From contig JBBAON010000005.1 of NCBI GenBank assembly GCA_040401435.1, positions 9,310 through 73,309 of the forward strand: a DNA stretch of 64,000 bases, written 5' to 3'. A model generated the notes under the pieces. That model ran no database searches, was not told the DNA's origin, and saw only the letters and a program-made list of their open reading frames with translations. Shown piece after piece: positions 45,388 through 57,843 of the stretch. The position numbers and the translations under genes were made by a program. How positions within the stretch are numbered: position 1 is the stretch's first letter; every line of letters starts with the position of its first letter. This DNA is from Candidatus Methylopumilus sp. (lineage in GTDB: Bacteria; Pseudomonadota; Gammaproteobacteria; Burkholderiales; Methylophilaceae).

Positions 45388-45444
45388 GCACTGAGCTTTT
45401 CGAAGGGTTAAACTTATATAAATGCACTTCGAAAAACTCAGTGC
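45388..45444. repeat. Long inverted repeat between convergent mtgA and uvrA
   Basis: GCACTGAGCTTTTCGAAG-N21-CTTCGAAAAACTCAGTGC, 17/18 match. Confidence 0.8.
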
Positions 45445-45457
45445 AAGCGGCGCTAAG

Positions 45458-48277
45458 TTACTTCAACATCGTTTTAAGATATTTCCCGGTGTAACTCTCA
45501 GTAAATTCGGCGACCTTTTCTGGCGGACCTTCAACTAAGATTGTACCGCCTCCATCGCCACCCTCTGGCCCCATATCAATGAGCCAATCGGCTGTTTTAA
45601 TAACATCCAAGTTGTGCTCAATAATCACCATGGTGTTACCCGCATCACGTAAACAATGAATTACATCTAATAAGAGCTGAATATCAGCAAAATGTAATCC
45701 AGTTGTTGGTTCGTCAAGAATGTACAAAGTACGTCCTGTGTCACGCTTTGAAAGCTCAAGTGCGAGCTTAACGCGCTGTGCTTCACCGCCTGATAGTGTA
45801 GTTGCCGATTGACCGAGCGTTATATAGCCCAAACCAACATCAAGTAAGGTTTTGAGTTTGCGTTGCACTACAGGCACTACGCTGAAAAACTCATGGGCTT
45901 GTTCAACCGTCATCTCTAATACTTCACGGATATTTTTGCCCTTATAGTTAATTTCCAATGTTTCGCGGTTGTAGCGTTGTCCTTTGCAGACATCACATGG
46001 CACGTAAACATCTGGCAAGAAGTGCATCTCAACGCGTAAAACTCCATCGCCTTGGCAAGCTTCGCATCGGCCACCTTTCACGTTAAATGAATAGCGGCCT
46101 GGGCCATAACCCCGTGCACGACTTTCAGGCACACCCGCAAACAAATCACGAATCGGCGTAAACAAGCCAGTATAGGTCGCTGGGTTTGACCGTGGCGTTC
46201 GCCCGATTGGGCTTTGATCCACGTCCACAACTTTGTCAAAAAACTCTAAGCCTTCGACACCATCAAAAGGGGCTGGCTCAGTAGAACTGCCATATAGATG
46301 CTGAGCCACTACACGGTAAAGCGTGTCGTTAATGAGGGTCGATTTTCCTGAACCTGAAACTCCAGTTACACACGTGAGCAAGCCCACTGGCAACTTAAGT
46401 GACACGTCTTTTAAGTTATTACCTGTGGCGTGAGAAAGTGACAACCAACGTGTTGGATCAGGCTTATGGCGTTGATGGTTGTAGGTAATTTGTTTTTTCC
46501 CGCTAAGGTATTGGCCCGTAAGCGAATTCGCATTGGCTTGAATTTCAGCAGGGGTGCCTTCGGCTACAATTTGGCCACCATGTTCACCAGCGCCTGGACC
46601 GATGTCTACGACATAGTCAGCTGCCATAATCGCATCTTGGTCATGTTCAACGACAATCACGCTATTGCCGATATCACGCAAACGCATCAAGGTTTCAAGC
46701 AGGCGGTCATTGTCGCGTTGATGCAAACCAATGGAAGGCTCATCCAGCACATACATCACGCCAGTTAAGCCAGACCCAATTTGTGAGGCCAAACGAATAC
46801 GCTGCGCTTCACCACCCGAGAGCGTTTCAGCTGAACGGGAAAGCGATAAGTATTCTAAACCAACATTGGTTAAGAACTTAAGACGGCTACTAATCTCTTT
46901 CACAATCTTATCCGCAATCGCAAGCTTTTGACCATGCAATTCAATAGTTTCAAAGAATGTTAGTGCTTGCTTCAATGGCACTTCGCATACTTCATGAATG
47001 TTCTTATTGCCCACTTTTACATGACGCGCTTCGGTGCGTAAACGGGTACCCGCACAGCTAGGGCAAGTTTGTGAATTAAGATATTTCGCTAACTCTTCGC
47101 GCACGGTGGTGGAATCAGTTTCGTGATAACGACGTTGTAGATTATTTAAAATTCCTTCGAAGCTATGACGTTTCTCAAAGAACGAACCGCGTTCATTGAG
47201 GTATTTGAAAGCAATTTCTTCTTTCCCGCTGCCATGCAGCAAAATATGCTGGGTTGCTTCAGGTAATTCTTCAAAAGCGGTTTCTAAGTCAAACTCATAA
47301 TGCACAGCAAGACTGCTTAAAAGTTGGAAGTAAAATTGGTTACGTTTATCCCAGCCTTTGATCGCACCCGCAGCAAGTGATAAGTGTGGAAATGCAACGA
47401 CACGTTTAGGATCAAAAAAGCTCATTTGACCCAAGCCATCACATTTTGGACATGCCCCCATCGGGTTGTTAAATGAAAATAAGCGCGGCTCTAATTCAGC
47501 TAATGAGTAATCGCATGATGGGCATGAAAATTTAGCCGAGAACAAATGCTCTTGGCCAGTATCCATTTCCATTGCAACAGCTTTGCCTTCAGCTAAACGC
47601 AGTGCAGTTTCGAATGATTCAGCAATTCGTTGTTTCATATCCGCGCGGACTTTTAATCGATCCACGACAACATCAATGGAATGCTTGGTGGTTTTAGTCA
47701 GTGATGGCGGTGCGTCAAGCTCATAAATTTCGCCATCTACTCGCACACGTACAAAACCTTGGGCTTTTAATCCTTCGAATAGATCGAGCTGTTCACCTTT
47801 GCGCTCGCGCACGACTGGCGCCAAAATCATCAGCTTGGTGTCTTCAGGTAAGCTTAAAACACTGTCGACCATTTGCGAGACGGTTTGCGCTTCTAATTTG
47901 ATGTGGTGCTCAGGACATTCGGGGTCGCCAGCGCGCGCGTAAAGCAGACGCAAATAATCATGGATTTCAGTAACAGTCCCAACCGTTGAGCGTGGGTTAT
48001 GCGATGTAGATTTCTGTTCAATAGAAATAGCTGGTGATAAGCCTTCGATTAAATCGACATCGGGTTTATCCATACGCGCTAAGAATTGGCGTGCATATGC
48101 AGAGAGTGACTCCACATAGCGGCGCTGACCTTCGGCATATAGCGTGTCAAAAGCGAGCGAAGATTTACCTGAGCCAGAAAGCCCAGTAATTACAATCATT
48201 TTATTGCGCGGTAAGTCTAGCGAGATGTTTTTAAGATTGTGTGTGCGAGCACCGCGAATACGTATGTAATCTATCAT
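45458..48277 (-). CDS. uvrA: Excinuclease ABC subunit A
   Basis: Two ABC ATPase domains ([24 protein letters not shown] twice), zinc fingers. Confidence 0.99.
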   Translation of the reverse strand: MIDYIRIRGARTHNLKNISLDLPRNKMIVITGLSGSGKSSLAFDTLYAEGQRRYVESLSAYARQFLARMDKPDVDLIEGLSPAISIEQKSTSHNPRSTVGTVTEIHDYLRLLYARAGDPECPEHHIKLEAQTVSQMVDSVLSLPEDTKLMILAPVVRERKGEQLDLFEGLKAQGFVRVRVDGEIYELDAPPSLTKTTKHSIDVVVDRLKVRADMKQRIAESFETALRLAEGKAVAMEMDTGQEHLFSAKFSCPSCDYSLAELEPRLFSFNNPMGACPKCDGLGQMSFFDPKRVVAFPHLSLAAGAIKGWDKRNQFYFQLLSSLAVHYEFDLETAFEELPEATQHILLHGSGKEEIAFKYLNERGSFFEKRHSFEGILNNLQRRYHETDSTTVREELAKYLNSQTCPSCAGTRLRTEARHVKVGNKNIHEVCEVPLKQALTFFETIELHGQKLAIADKIVKEISSRLKFLTNVGLEYLSLSRSAETLSGGEAQRIRLASQIGSGLTGVMYVLDEPSIGLHQRDNDRLLETLMRLRDIGNSVIVVEHDQDAIMAADYVVDIGPGAGEHGGQIVAEGTPAEIQANANSLTGQYLSGKKQITYNHQRHKPDPTRWLSLSHATGNNLKDVSLKLPVGLLTCVTGVSGSGKSTLINDTLYRVVAQHLYGSSTEPAPFDGVEGLEFFDKVVDVDQSPIGRTPRSNPATYTGLFTPIRDLFAGVPESRARGYGPGRYSFNVKGGRCEACQGDGVLRVEMHFLPDVYVPCDVCKGQRYNRETLEINYKGKNIREVLEMTVEQAHEFFSVVPVVQRKLKTLLDVGLGYITLGQSATTLSGGEAQRVKLALELSKRDTGRTLYILDEPTTGLHFADIQLLLDVIHCLRDAGNTMVIIEHNLDVIKTADWLIDMGPEGGDGGGTILVEGPPEKVAEFTESYTGKYLKTMLK

Positions 48278-48436
48278 TCTATGTATAGCCTAAAATAATT
48301 CATTAAAACAGAAAGTTGCTTAGGACTGTTGCGAAGCGCGCGCGGCATCTCAAAACAAGTCTTTTTATGTGCCCCGTCAAATAAAGCGGGCAACCTGTTA
48401 ATATACGCAAGTTAAAAGATAAAGTTAAATAATTTC

Positions 48437-49822
48437 ATGTCATCCACATCATCCCTAGACAAAATGAATTCCATGGAGTTGCGCGCAAGTTCAAGTTTGG
48501 CATCCATTTATGGTTTACGTATGCTCGGCATGTTCCTTATTTTGCCAATTTTTGCGATTTACGCCGAAACACTTCCAAGTGGTCAAAGCCATTTGATGAT
48601 TGGTCTCGCACTTGGTGCTTATGGCCTAACCCAAGCGATTTTTCAATTGCCATTTGGTATTGCATCAGACCGCTTTGGCCGCAAACGTGTCATTTATGTT
48701 GGCCTAGTTTTATTTGTTATTGGAAGCTTGGTGGCAGGTTTTGCGCACGACTTACCTATGATTATTTTAGGCCGTAGCATTCAAGGGGCGGGCGCAGTCT
48801 CTGCTGCAGTGACTGCCCTGGTAGCGGATTTAACGCGAGAAGAACATCGTACCAAAGCGATGGCGATGATAGGCGGCACCATCGGCATTACATTCGCCAT
48901 GTCTTTAATTTTAGGCCCAGTACTCAATAACCTTATTGGCGTTTCGGGCATTTTTTTCATGACAGCTGTATTAGCTGCTGCTGCTATTTTGGTGGTGAAA
49001 TTTGTCGTGCCAGATCCTGTGGTGAGCAGCTTCCATTCTGATGCGCAAGCCAAAACAGGCAAACTAAAAGAAGTGCTAAAAGACTACCAATTATTACGTC
49101 TAAATTATGGTATTTTTGCCCTTCACGCTGCGCAGATGGCGATGTTCGTGGTGGTTCCATTCGCTATTAAGCAAACTAGCGGCATGGGTGCTAATGACCA
49201 CTGGCTGATTTACCTTCCTGTGCTGGTGATTTCTTTTTCTTTAATGATTCCTGCCATTATTTATGGCGAGAAAAAAGCCAAACTTAAACAAGTGTTTGTA
49301 GGCGCCATTGCCACTATGCTTGCCGCGCAATTGGCCTTTGCTTTTTCTATTGATTACTTCTGGGGAATTGTATTTTCGCTTGGTGCTTATTTTGTTGCGT
49401 TTAATGTACTTGAGGCATCTCTCCCTTCTATCATTACTAAAATCGCGCCTGCCGCTTCCAAGGGGACGGCGATTGGTGTTTATAACACTTCGCAATCATT
49501 AGGTGTGTTTGTAGGCGGTACCGTTGGTGGATACTTATCGCACTTTTATGGTTATGCATCTGTATTTGTTTTTTGTAGTGTTTTAATGGCATTATGGTTG
49601 ATGTTTGGCTTGAGTATGAAAGCGCCGCCAGCAGTAAAAAGTAAGATGTACCATCTTAAAAAAACCAGTGCGGCTAAAGCCAAAACATTAGCAACCAAGC
49701 TAGCGGCTTTGCAAGGTGTTCGTGAGACAGTGGTATTAGCAGACGAAGGTATGGTGATACTGAAAGTGGATATGCAGCAGGGTTGGGATGAAGCTGCTGT
49801 AGTGCGATTAATAGGAGAGTAA
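48437..49822 (+). CDS. MFS transporter, YajR-like
   Basis: SDRFGRK motif A, about 12 TMs, small C-terminal soluble domain; uvrA-MFS-ssb synteny. Confidence 0.88.
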   Translation: MSSTSSLDKMNSMELRASSSLASIYGLRMLGMFLILPIFAIYAETLPSGQSHLMIGLALGAYGLTQAIFQLPFGIASDRFGRKRVIYVGLVLFVIGSLVAGFAHDLPMIILGRSIQGAGAVSAAVTALVADLTREEHRTKAMAMIGGTIGITFAMSLILGPVLNNLIGVSGIFFMTAVLAAAAILVVKFVVPDPVVSSFHSDAQAKTGKLKEVLKDYQLLRLNYGIFALHAAQMAMFVVVPFAIKQTSGMGANDHWLIYLPVLVISFSLMIPAIIYGEKKAKLKQVFVGAIATMLAAQLAFAFSIDYFWGIVFSLGAYFVAFNVLEASLPSIITKIAPAASKGTAIGVYNTSQSLGVFVGGTVGGYLSHFYGYASVFVFCSVLMALWLMFGLSMKAPPAVKSKMYHLKKTSAAKAKTLATKLAALQGVRETVVLADEGMVILKVDMQQGWDEAAVVRLIGE

Positions 49823-49826
49823 AAAC

Positions 49827-50315
49827 ATGGCATCAGTCAATAAAGTAATCTTGGTGGGTAATTTGGGTCGCGACCCAGAAATGCGCTTCATGCCGAATGG
49901 CGAAGCCGTATGTAACTTCAGTATTGCGACAACGGATAGTTGGAAAGATAAAAGCGGTCAAAAACAAGAGCGCACTGAATGGCACAACATTGTCATTTAT
50001 CGCAAGCTTGCTGAGATTGCTGGCGAATACCTCAAAAAAGGTCGTCCTGTTTATATTGAAGGTCGTTTGCAAACACGCAAATGGCAAACCAAAGAAGGTC
50101 AAGATCGCCTCACTACTGAAATTATTGCAGATCAAATGCAAATGCTCGGTGGTCGTGAAGGTGGCGGCGCAAGTAGTTCTTATGAGTCGATGGACGATGA
50201 TCAAAGCATGCAATCACGCCCACAACAAACTTCACGCCCAGCACAAGCAGCGCCTGCGCAGCAACCTGCAAGTGGTGGAGATTTTGATGCGTTTGAGGAT
50301 GACATTCCATTTTAA
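49827..50315 (+). CDS. ssb: Single-stranded DNA-binding protein
   Basis: [16 protein letters not shown]-terminal EDDIPF. Confidence 0.98.
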   Translation: MASVNKVILVGNLGRDPEMRFMPNGEAVCNFSIATTDSWKDKSGQKQERTEWHNIVIYRKLAEIAGEYLKKGRPVYIEGRLQTRKWQTKEGQDRLTTEIIADQMQMLGGREGGGASSSYESMDDDQSMQSRPQQTSRPAQAAPAQQPASGGDFDAFEDDIPF

Positions 50316-50334
50316 TTTAGGAATCTCTTCAAGG

Positions 50335-50360
50335 AAAAGCCCGCTTGCGCGGGCTTTTTT
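50335..50360. terminator. Terminator between ssb and xth
   Basis: AAAAGCCCGC-TTGC-GCGGGCTTTTTT. Confidence 0.85.
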
Positions 50361-50371
50361 ATTGGACGGAT

Positions 50372-51166
50372 TTAATGTAAATCGTAATCAATCGTCAGGG
50401 GTGCGTGGTCGCTAAAGCGCTCAGCTTTATAAATTTCACATGCACTCGCGGTGTTGCCAATGCCTTGGGTAGTGACTTGATAATCAATTCGCCATCCCAC
50501 GTTTTTATCCCAAGCTGCGCCTCGATTGCTCCACCATGTATAACATTCGTCGGTGGTTGCTGGGTGTACTTTTCGATAAGCATCAATCCAACCGAGCTTG
50601 CTGAATATGTCGGTCATCCAAGCGCGTTCTTCGGGTAAAAAGCCTGAATTCTTTTTGTTGCCTTTCCAGTTTTTAAGGTCTGCCTCTTGGTGAGCAATAT
50701 TCCAATCGCCACACACTACGACTTCACGTCCGCTTGCTTTGAGTGCTTCAAGGTGAGGATAGAAACGCTCCATGACGCTGAACTTCACTTGTTGTCTGTC
50801 TTCGCCGCTCGAGCCAGAGGGTAAGTATAGCGATACGACGCTCAATTTTTTACCGTTTAGATTATCAAACTGCAGTTCGATATATCGACCCTCTGCATCA
50901 ATATCAGCATGCCCTAATCCAATAATTACGTTGTCCGGTTTGTGTTTGGTATAGATGCCGACACCGCTATAGCCCTTTTTCTCGGCATAATGAAAGTAGC
51001 CCTGATATCCGCTTGGGGCGTGCATTTCTGGTGTCATGTCAGCCTCTTGTGCTTTGAGTTCTTGCAAGCAAATAAAGTCGGCATTTTGTTTTTGCATCCA
51101 AGGCAAGAAACCTTTATTCACTGCGGAGCGGATACCGTTGAGATTTGCGGATATAATTCTAAGCAA
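50372..51166 (-). CDS. xth: Exodeoxyribonuclease III / AP endonuclease family
   Basis: NLNGIRS, CLQE, GDWNIAH, WRIDY, SDHAPL; TTG start. Confidence 0.9.
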   Translation of the reverse strand: MLRIISANLNGIRSAVNKGFLPWMQKQNADFICLQELKAQEADMTPEMHAPSGYQGYFHYAEKKGYSGVGIYTKHKPDNVIIGLGHADIDAEGRYIELQFDNLNGKKLSVVSLYLPSGSSGEDRQQVKFSVMERFYPHLEALKASGREVVVCGDWNIAHQEADLKNWKGNKKNSGFLPEERAWMTDIFSKLGWIDAYRKVHPATTDECYTWWSNRGAAWDKNVGWRIDYQVTTQGIGNTASACEIYKAERFSDHAPLTIDYDLH

Positions 51167-51197
51167 GATAATTCCTTAAAGTTTTTAGAAGATCTAG

Positions 51198-51845
51198 ATG
51201 ACGACAACAACAGATTTTACCGTGCAGTTTATCGATTTCGCCATTAAAAAACAGGTGCTACGCTTCGGTGAGTTTAAAACAAAAGCCGGCCGCTTAAGTC
51301 CTTATTTTTTTAATGCAGGTTTATTTAATGATGGCGAAAGTCTCATGAAATTAGGTGAATTTTATGCTGCTGCGATTTTAAAATCCGGCGTGCAGTTTGA
51401 TATGCTCTTTGGACCAGCCTACAAAGGCATTACTTTGGCGGCAAGCATTTCGATTGCCTTAGCGCGTCAAGGTAATAATTTTCCTTATGCTTACAACCGC
51501 AAAGAAGCGAAAGATCACGGCGAAGGTGGCACGATTGTGGGAGCCCCCTTACATGGCCGTGTCTTGATTGTGGATGACGTAATTTCTGCCGGCACATCTG
51601 TTCGTGAGTCTGTGGAAATCATTAAGTCAGCGGGTGCTATTCCAGCAGGTGTAGCGATTGCGATTGATCGTCAAGAGCGAGGACTGGGTGAACTATCCGC
51701 TGTTCAAGAAGTTGAAAAAAATAGCGCTATGCCTGTGATTAAAATTGCGACGCTTGCTGATTTGATTGCATTCTTAGATGGTGCTTCGGATTTGTCGGAG
51801 TTTAAGCCTGCGGTTCAGGCGTATCGGAATCAATATGGTGTTTAG
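51198..51845 (+). CDS. pyrE: Orotate phosphoribosyltransferase
   Basis: [34 protein letters not shown]. Confidence 0.97.
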   Translation: MTTTTDFTVQFIDFAIKKQVLRFGEFKTKAGRLSPYFFNAGLFNDGESLMKLGEFYAAAILKSGVQFDMLFGPAYKGITLAASISIALARQGNNFPYAYNRKEAKDHGEGGTIVGAPLHGRVLIVDDVISAGTSVRESVEIIKSAGAIPAGVAIAIDRQERGLGELSAVQEVEKNSAMPVIKIATLADLIAFLDGASDLSEFKPAVQAYRNQYGV

Positions 51846-51860
51846 TTTGATTTAGGAAAT

Positions 51861-51891
51861 AAAAAAGAGCGATTAAAAAATCGCCCTTTTT
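51861..51891. terminator. Terminator between pyrE and gatB
   Basis: AAAAAAGAGCGATT-loop-AATCGCCCTTTTT (mismatch is a G-U pair on the minus strand). Confidence 0.75.
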
Positions 51892-51908
51892 GTTATTCAC
51901 TGCTTTAA

Positions 51909-53351
51909 TTAAGCGCCTAGTTTTTTCTTTAAAATATCGTTCACCTGTGCTGGGTTCGCTTTACCTTTTGACGCTTTCATTGCTTGGCCAACAAGTGCAT
52001 TAAACGCTTTTTCTTTGCCGGCCTTGAATTCTTCAACCATGGCAGCGTTAGCAGCAAGAACTTCGTCCACAATCGCTTCAATTGCACCAGAATCAGAAAC
52101 TTGTTTCAAGCCTTTGCTCTCAATGATGCTATCTGAATCGCCCTCGCCAGCCCACATTGCTTCGAATACTTGCTTCGCTGCATTGTTAGAAATCGTGCCA
52201 TCTTGAATACGCTTGATGAGCATTGCTAAGGCGCTCGGAGAAATTGGGGACTCTGAAATCTCTTTATCTTCCGCATTAAGTTTTGCCGAAACACTACCCA
52301 TGACCCAGTTAGCAGCCAGTTTTGCATCACTGCCAGCCTCAACAGTTGCAACGAAGTAATCTGCTGTAGCGCGTGAGCTAGTTAGGGCGTTTGCATCGTA
52401 ATGCGCTAAGCCATATTGCGCTTCAAATCGTGCTTTCATCGCTTCAGGTAATTCAGGCATGTCAGCTTTGACTTTGCTGATATCGCTTTCTGAAATCGCG
52501 AGTGGTAACAGATCAGGGTCTGGGAAGTAGCGATAATCGTTTGCTTCTTCTTTGCTTCGCATCGCGCGCGTTTCGCCTGTATCAGGATTAAATAGCACAG
52601 TGGCCTGTTGAATGGTGCCGCCATCTTCTAGCGTTTCAATTTGCCAGCTTGTCTCATACTCAATGGCTTGTTGCATAAATTTGAATGAGTTTAAGTTTTT
52701 AATTTCGCGGCGTGTGCCAAGTTTTTCTGAGCCTTTTGGACGCACAGAAACGTTCACGTCACAGCGGAAACTTCCTTCTTGCATGTTGCCATCGCAAATG
52801 CCAATCCACTGGACTAAGTCATGTAGTTTCTTAGCGTAAGCGACGGCTTCTGCCGCTGAGCGCATATCGGGTTCAGTCACAATTTCAAGCAACGGTGTGC
52901 CAGCACGGTTCAGGTCGATGCCTGACATGCCTTCTTGTACACCGTGCACAGATTTACCGGCGTCCTCTTCTAAATGAGCACGGGTAATATTGATCACTTT
53001 TTCGTAAGCTTTGTTACCAGTACCCACTTGAATGGTCATGCTGCCTTTACCAACCACTGGTAACTCATATTGACTAATTTGATAGCCTTTAGGTAAGTCT
53101 GGATAGAAGTAATTTTTACGAGCGAAGACCGAGCGAGATGCAATTTCTGCATTCACTGCAAGACCAAATTTAATTGCACACTTCACGGCTTCTTGATTAA
53201 GCACTGGCAAAACACCAGGAAACGCCAAACTCACGACGCAGGCCTGGGTGTTTGGTTCTGAGCCAAACGCGGTCGAAGCGCCACTAAAAATTTTCGTTTT
53301 GGTTTGTAGCTGGGTGTGTGTTTCCAGCCCGATAACGACTTCCCATTCCAT
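51909..53351 (-). CDS. gatB: Asp/Glu-tRNA amidotransferase subunit B
   Basis: [31 protein letters not shown]. Confidence 0.98.
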   Translation of the reverse strand: MEWEVVIGLETHTQLQTKTKIFSGASTAFGSEPNTQACVVSLAFPGVLPVLNQEAVKCAIKFGLAVNAEIASRSVFARKNYFYPDLPKGYQISQYELPVVGKGSMTIQVGTGNKAYEKVINITRAHLEEDAGKSVHGVQEGMSGIDLNRAGTPLLEIVTEPDMRSAAEAVAYAKKLHDLVQWIGICDGNMQEGSFRCDVNVSVRPKGSEKLGTRREIKNLNSFKFMQQAIEYETSWQIETLEDGGTIQQATVLFNPDTGETRAMRSKEEANDYRYFPDPDLLPLAISESDISKVKADMPELPEAMKARFEAQYGLAHYDANALTSSRATADYFVATVEAGSDAKLAANWVMGSVSAKLNAEDKEISESPISPSALAMLIKRIQDGTISNNAAKQVFEAMWAGEGDSDSIIESKGLKQVSDSGAIEAIVDEVLAANAAMVEEFKAGKEKAFNALVGQAMKASKGKANPAQVNDILKKKLGA

Positions 53352-54820
53352 TATTCAATTCCCTCTGGCATTTGTATATGCCAATCCGTGGCTTGTTGAT
53401 AAGCATGGCCTGCATTGAGCATGCGCGCTTCATCAAAGTAATTCCCAATAATTTGTAAGCCAACAGGCAAACGTTTGCCATCTTCGCTGAGCGCAAAACC
53501 TGCAGGAATGCTCATGCCAGGTAAGCCAGCCAAATTGACTGCAATAGTGTAAATATCTTGTAAGTACATCGAAACCGGATCGTCAGCTTTTTCTCCGGCT
53601 TTAAATGCTGTCGATGGCGCAGTTGGTCCCATTATGATGTCGCATTGTTTGAATGCATTTTCAAAGTCTTGCGCAATGAGACGACGAATTTGTTGTGCTT
53701 TTATATAGTAAGCATCGTAGTAACCAGCACTTAATACATACGCGCCAATCAAAATTCTGCGTTTAACTTCTGCACCAAAGCCTTCAGCACGGCTCTTGCA
53801 ATACATATCCATTAAGTCGCCATACTCTTTAGCTCGGTGACCATAACGTACCCCGTCAAAACGTGACAAGTTGCTTGAGGCTTCAGCTGGGGCAAGTACG
53901 TAATAAACGGGAATAGAAAGTTTAGTGTTGGGTAAGCTGATATCTACGATTTGGGCGCCTAGTTTTTGGTATTCAGCAATCGCTTCATTCACCACTTTTG
54001 CAACATCAGCGCCTAAACCTTCAGCGAAATACTCTTTCGGCAAGCCGACTTTTAGACCAGCAAGCGGTTTGTTTAGGTCCCGCGTGTAATCTTCTTTTTC
54101 GCGATTTAAACTAGTCGAATCACGTTTATCGAATCCCGTGATGACGTTCATCATCAGTGCCATGTCTTCACATGATTTTGCCAGTGGACCTGATTGGTCT
54201 AGCGAAGAAGCAAAAGCAATCATCCCATAACGTGAAGCTAAGCCATAGGTTGGTTTTAAGCCTGAAAGTCCACAAAGTGAAGCGGGTTGACGAATAGAGC
54301 CACCAGTATCTGTGCCAGTGGCCGCTGCACATAATCGTGCCGCAACTGCTGCAGCGCTTCCGCCAGAGCTGCCGCCAGGAACGCGACTTCTATCCCAAGG
54401 GTTTTGCACTTTACCGAAATAACTGGTCTCGTTTGATGAGCCCATTGCAAATTCGTCCATATTGGTTTTACCCAAATTAATCGCGCCAGCTCCATCAAAG
54501 CGCTCAATGATGTCTGCATCATAAGGGCCAATAAATGTTTCGAGCATTTTTGAGCCGCAGGTGGTGCGCCAGCCTTTAGCCACAAAAATGTCCTTTTGGC
54601 CGATTGGTATACCCGTAAGGGCCGTACCTTTACCAGCAGTTAACAAGGTATCGGCATGCTTGGCTTGAGCCAGTGTTTTGTCTTTATCGAGCGTGATGAA
54701 GACATTGATCTCAGGATTGAGTCTGTCAATGCGATTTAAAAACTCTTGTGTCATTTCGACACTAGAAATTTCTTTAGCTTGGAGCATTTCTCCGAGCTGT
54801 TTTAGGCTTTTATTGATCAT
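53351..54820 (-). CDS. gatA: Asp/Glu-tRNA amidotransferase subunit A
   Basis: Amidase signature [17 protein letters not shown]. Confidence 0.98.
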   Translation of the reverse strand: MINKSLKQLGEMLQAKEISSVEMTQEFLNRIDRLNPEINVFITLDKDKTLAQAKHADTLLTAGKGTALTGIPIGQKDIFVAKGWRTTCGSKMLETFIGPYDADIIERFDGAGAINLGKTNMDEFAMGSSNETSYFGKVQNPWDRSRVPGGSSGGSAAAVAARLCAAATGTDTGGSIRQPASLCGLSGLKPTYGLASRYGMIAFASSLDQSGPLAKSCEDMALMMNVITGFDKRDSTSLNREKEDYTRDLNKPLAGLKVGLPKEYFAEGLGADVAKVVNEAIAEYQKLGAQIVDISLPNTKLSIPVYYVLAPAEASSNLSRFDGVRYGHRAKEYGDLMDMYCKSRAEGFGAEVKRRILIGAYVLSAGYYDAYYIKAQQIRRLIAQDFENAFKQCDIIMGPTAPSTAFKAGEKADDPVSMYLQDIYTIAVNLAGLPGMSIPAGFALSEDGKRLPVGLQIIGNYFDEARMLNAGHAYQQATDWHIQMPEGIE

Positions 54821-54859
54821 GTTTTTTTACTTCGTTTGCTTATCATTAAAACACTTTGG

Positions 54860-55147
54860 TTATTCAATTACTTTAGGAACGAGGTATAGACCACCTTCAA
54901 CTGCTGGAGCGATTGATTGAAAAAGTTCGCGTTGATTCGTTTCGGTCACGATGTCCTCACGAAGGCGCTGCGTTACGTCTTGTGAATGTGACATTGGAAC
55001 GATGCCTTTTGTATCGACCGCCTGCATTTGCTCAATTAAGCCAAGAATCCCTGTCAGCTTGGTTAAGGTAGCTTCAGCTTCTGCATCGCTTACCTCAATG
55101 CGCGCCAAGTGCGCAATCCTTTTAATATCTGCACTGTTAAGTGACAT
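54860..55147 (-). CDS. gatC: Asp/Glu-tRNA amidotransferase subunit C
   Basis: [19 protein letters not shown]. Confidence 0.96.
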   Translation of the reverse strand: MSLNSADIKRIAHLARIEVSDAEAEATLTKLTGILGLIEQMQAVDTKGIVPMSHSQDVTQRLREDIVTETNQRELFQSIAPAVEGGLYLVPKVIE

Positions 55148-55255
55148 TTCTGTGTCCGAATCTTAAATTTTGATAAATATAATGTATTATAACTTGATTT
55201 TACGCACAACTTCAGCCGCGGCGTGTTTCGTTATAATACTGCTACTAAATTTTAG

Positions 55256-56323
<1,068 letters not shown>

Positions 56324-56338
56324 TTGAGTGTGACATTT

Positions 56339-56368
56339 GAAGGCTGCGTTTGCAGCCTTCTTTGTTTT
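56339..56368 (+). terminator. Hairpin/terminator after mreB
   Basis: GAAGGCTGC-GTTT-GCAGCCTTC followed by TTTGTTTT. Confidence 0.75.
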
Positions 56369-56434
56369 AGCTGGTGGTTTTTATTAGTAGTTTTATCTGC
56401 CCCTTTTAATTTTGGGTAATGTGCATAGTTTTTA

Positions 56435-57349
56435 ATGGATCAACAACAAGCCCCTCGTTTTTTTATACATGGTCCCAGCCCATTTGTGCGGCTGATTGTA
56501 TTTTCTACGCTATCACTTGCGTTAATGGCATCCGATTCAAAATTTAGTTACCTCACACCTGCCAGGGAGGCTTTAACGGTCGCCCTTCAGCCCTTGCAAG
56601 TGGTCGCGAATAGTCCTTTTATTTTATACAAGAATATCGGCAACTATTTCACTTCGCAGCAAGCCCTGCGTGATGAGTTGGCTGTATTAAAAAAACAAGC
56701 TATTTTTCAATCGATACAAGTTCAGGCAATTCAATCACTGAAAGGTGAAAATGATGAACTGCGCACATTGATGCAGGCATCAAAGGTCAGCAGTCAGCAG
56801 GCGCGCTTGGCTGAAATTATGCATGCGGGACGAGATCCATTTACGCATAAAGTGATCGTGAATATAGGCGCCGAGAATCATGTGTTGGCTGGGCAAGCAG
56901 TGGTTGATGGTGCTGGTGTCATTGGTCAAGTGACTAGAGTATTTCCTTATACTAGCGAAGTGACTTTGCTTACCGACAAAACCCTTTCTATTCCGATACA
57001 GGTTGAACGAAACGCTTTGCGCGCTATTTCATTTGGACACGGTCGTGACAATTTGGTGAATTTACCTTACTTGCCCGCGAATGTAGATATCCAAAAAGGC
57101 GATAAATTAGTGACTTCAGGGATAGACGGCATTTATCCAGCTGGACTTGCAGTGGCGATGGTTGATAGCGTGAAAACTAACGTGAGTTCTCCGTTTGCGC
57201 AAATTACAGCTAGACCACTTGCGGGAATTCAAAATTATCGACAAGTGCTTATCCTAACTAGCGATACTGAGGATTTGATCGCTAAAGAGATTCAGCAGGT
57301 TTTGAATGCGGATGCACAAAAGCAGTTGGATAAAAAAATACGTCGGTGA
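56435..57349 (+). CDS. mreC: Rod shape-determining protein MreC
   Basis: TM plus coiled coil, GVIGQV, LVTSGIDGIYPAG. Confidence 0.94.
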   Translation: MDQQQAPRFFIHGPSPFVRLIVFSTLSLALMASDSKFSYLTPAREALTVALQPLQVVANSPFILYKNIGNYFTSQQALRDELAVLKKQAIFQSIQVQAIQSLKGENDELRTLMQASKVSSQQARLAEIMHAGRDPFTHKVIVNIGAENHVLAGQAVVDGAGVIGQVTRVFPYTSEVTLLTDKTLSIPIQVERNALRAISFGHGRDNLVNLPYLPANVDIQKGDKLVTSGIDGIYPAGLAVAMVDSVKTNVSSPFAQITARPLAGIQNYRQVLILTSDTEDLIAKEIQQVLNADAQKQLDKKIRR

Positions 57350-57358
57350 GGAAAAACG

Positions 57359-57838
57359 ATGCCAAACCTTAACCGAAGACGTGTTTACTTTAGTTTAGTG
57401 GCTGCTCTCATACTTCAGCTTCTCGCTTTTTCAGGCACCTTGCTCCAAATTAAGCCGGATTTCTTATTGCTGGCGCTGTTGTTTTGGCTATTGCGTGCGC
57501 CAAGTATTTGCAACATTGGCATGGCATGGTCGGCAGGGATTTTGATGGATCTTGTGACTGGGGATTTGTTTGGTCAAAATGCATTAGCTTATGCCATTAC
57601 CGCATTTTTAGCGGTGATGTATCAGCGCCGATTAATCTTATTTACGACCCTGCAGCAGTCTGTTTATGTGTTCTTGTTATTGTTTGTTAATCAAGTCATC
57701 TTGTTATTGCTGAAATCTTTTTCGGGCAGTGAGTATTTTGGATGGACATATTTTGTGCCATCTTTCACAGGCATTATGTTGTGGTATGCCGTGCTTCACT
57801 CTCGAATTTCATTACACATCATGGCACGTCAGCAATAA
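57359..57838 (+). CDS. mreD: Rod shape-determining protein MreD
   Basis: PDFLLL, GILMD, GQNAL; synteny. Confidence 0.92.
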   Translation: MPNLNRRRVYFSLVAALILQLLAFSGTLLQIKPDFLLLALLFWLLRAPSICNIGMAWSAGILMDLVTGDLFGQNALAYAITAFLAVMYQRRLILFTTLQQSVYVFLLLFVNQVILLLLKSFSGSEYFGWTYFVPSFTGIMLWYAVLHSRISLHIMARQQ

Positions 57839-57843
57839 TTTCT

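Noticed and set aside
48395-48410. LexA box between uvrA and the MFS-ssb genes (CTGTTAATATACGCAA)
   Set aside because: Right half does not match ACAG; better explained as an extended -10 (TG-T-TAATAT).
49897-50415. 172-aa alternative-frame ORF overlapping ssb, and the many antisense ORFs in the track
   Set aside because: Shadow ORFs of conserved genes with no recognisable motifs; this one also runs through the ssb terminator.
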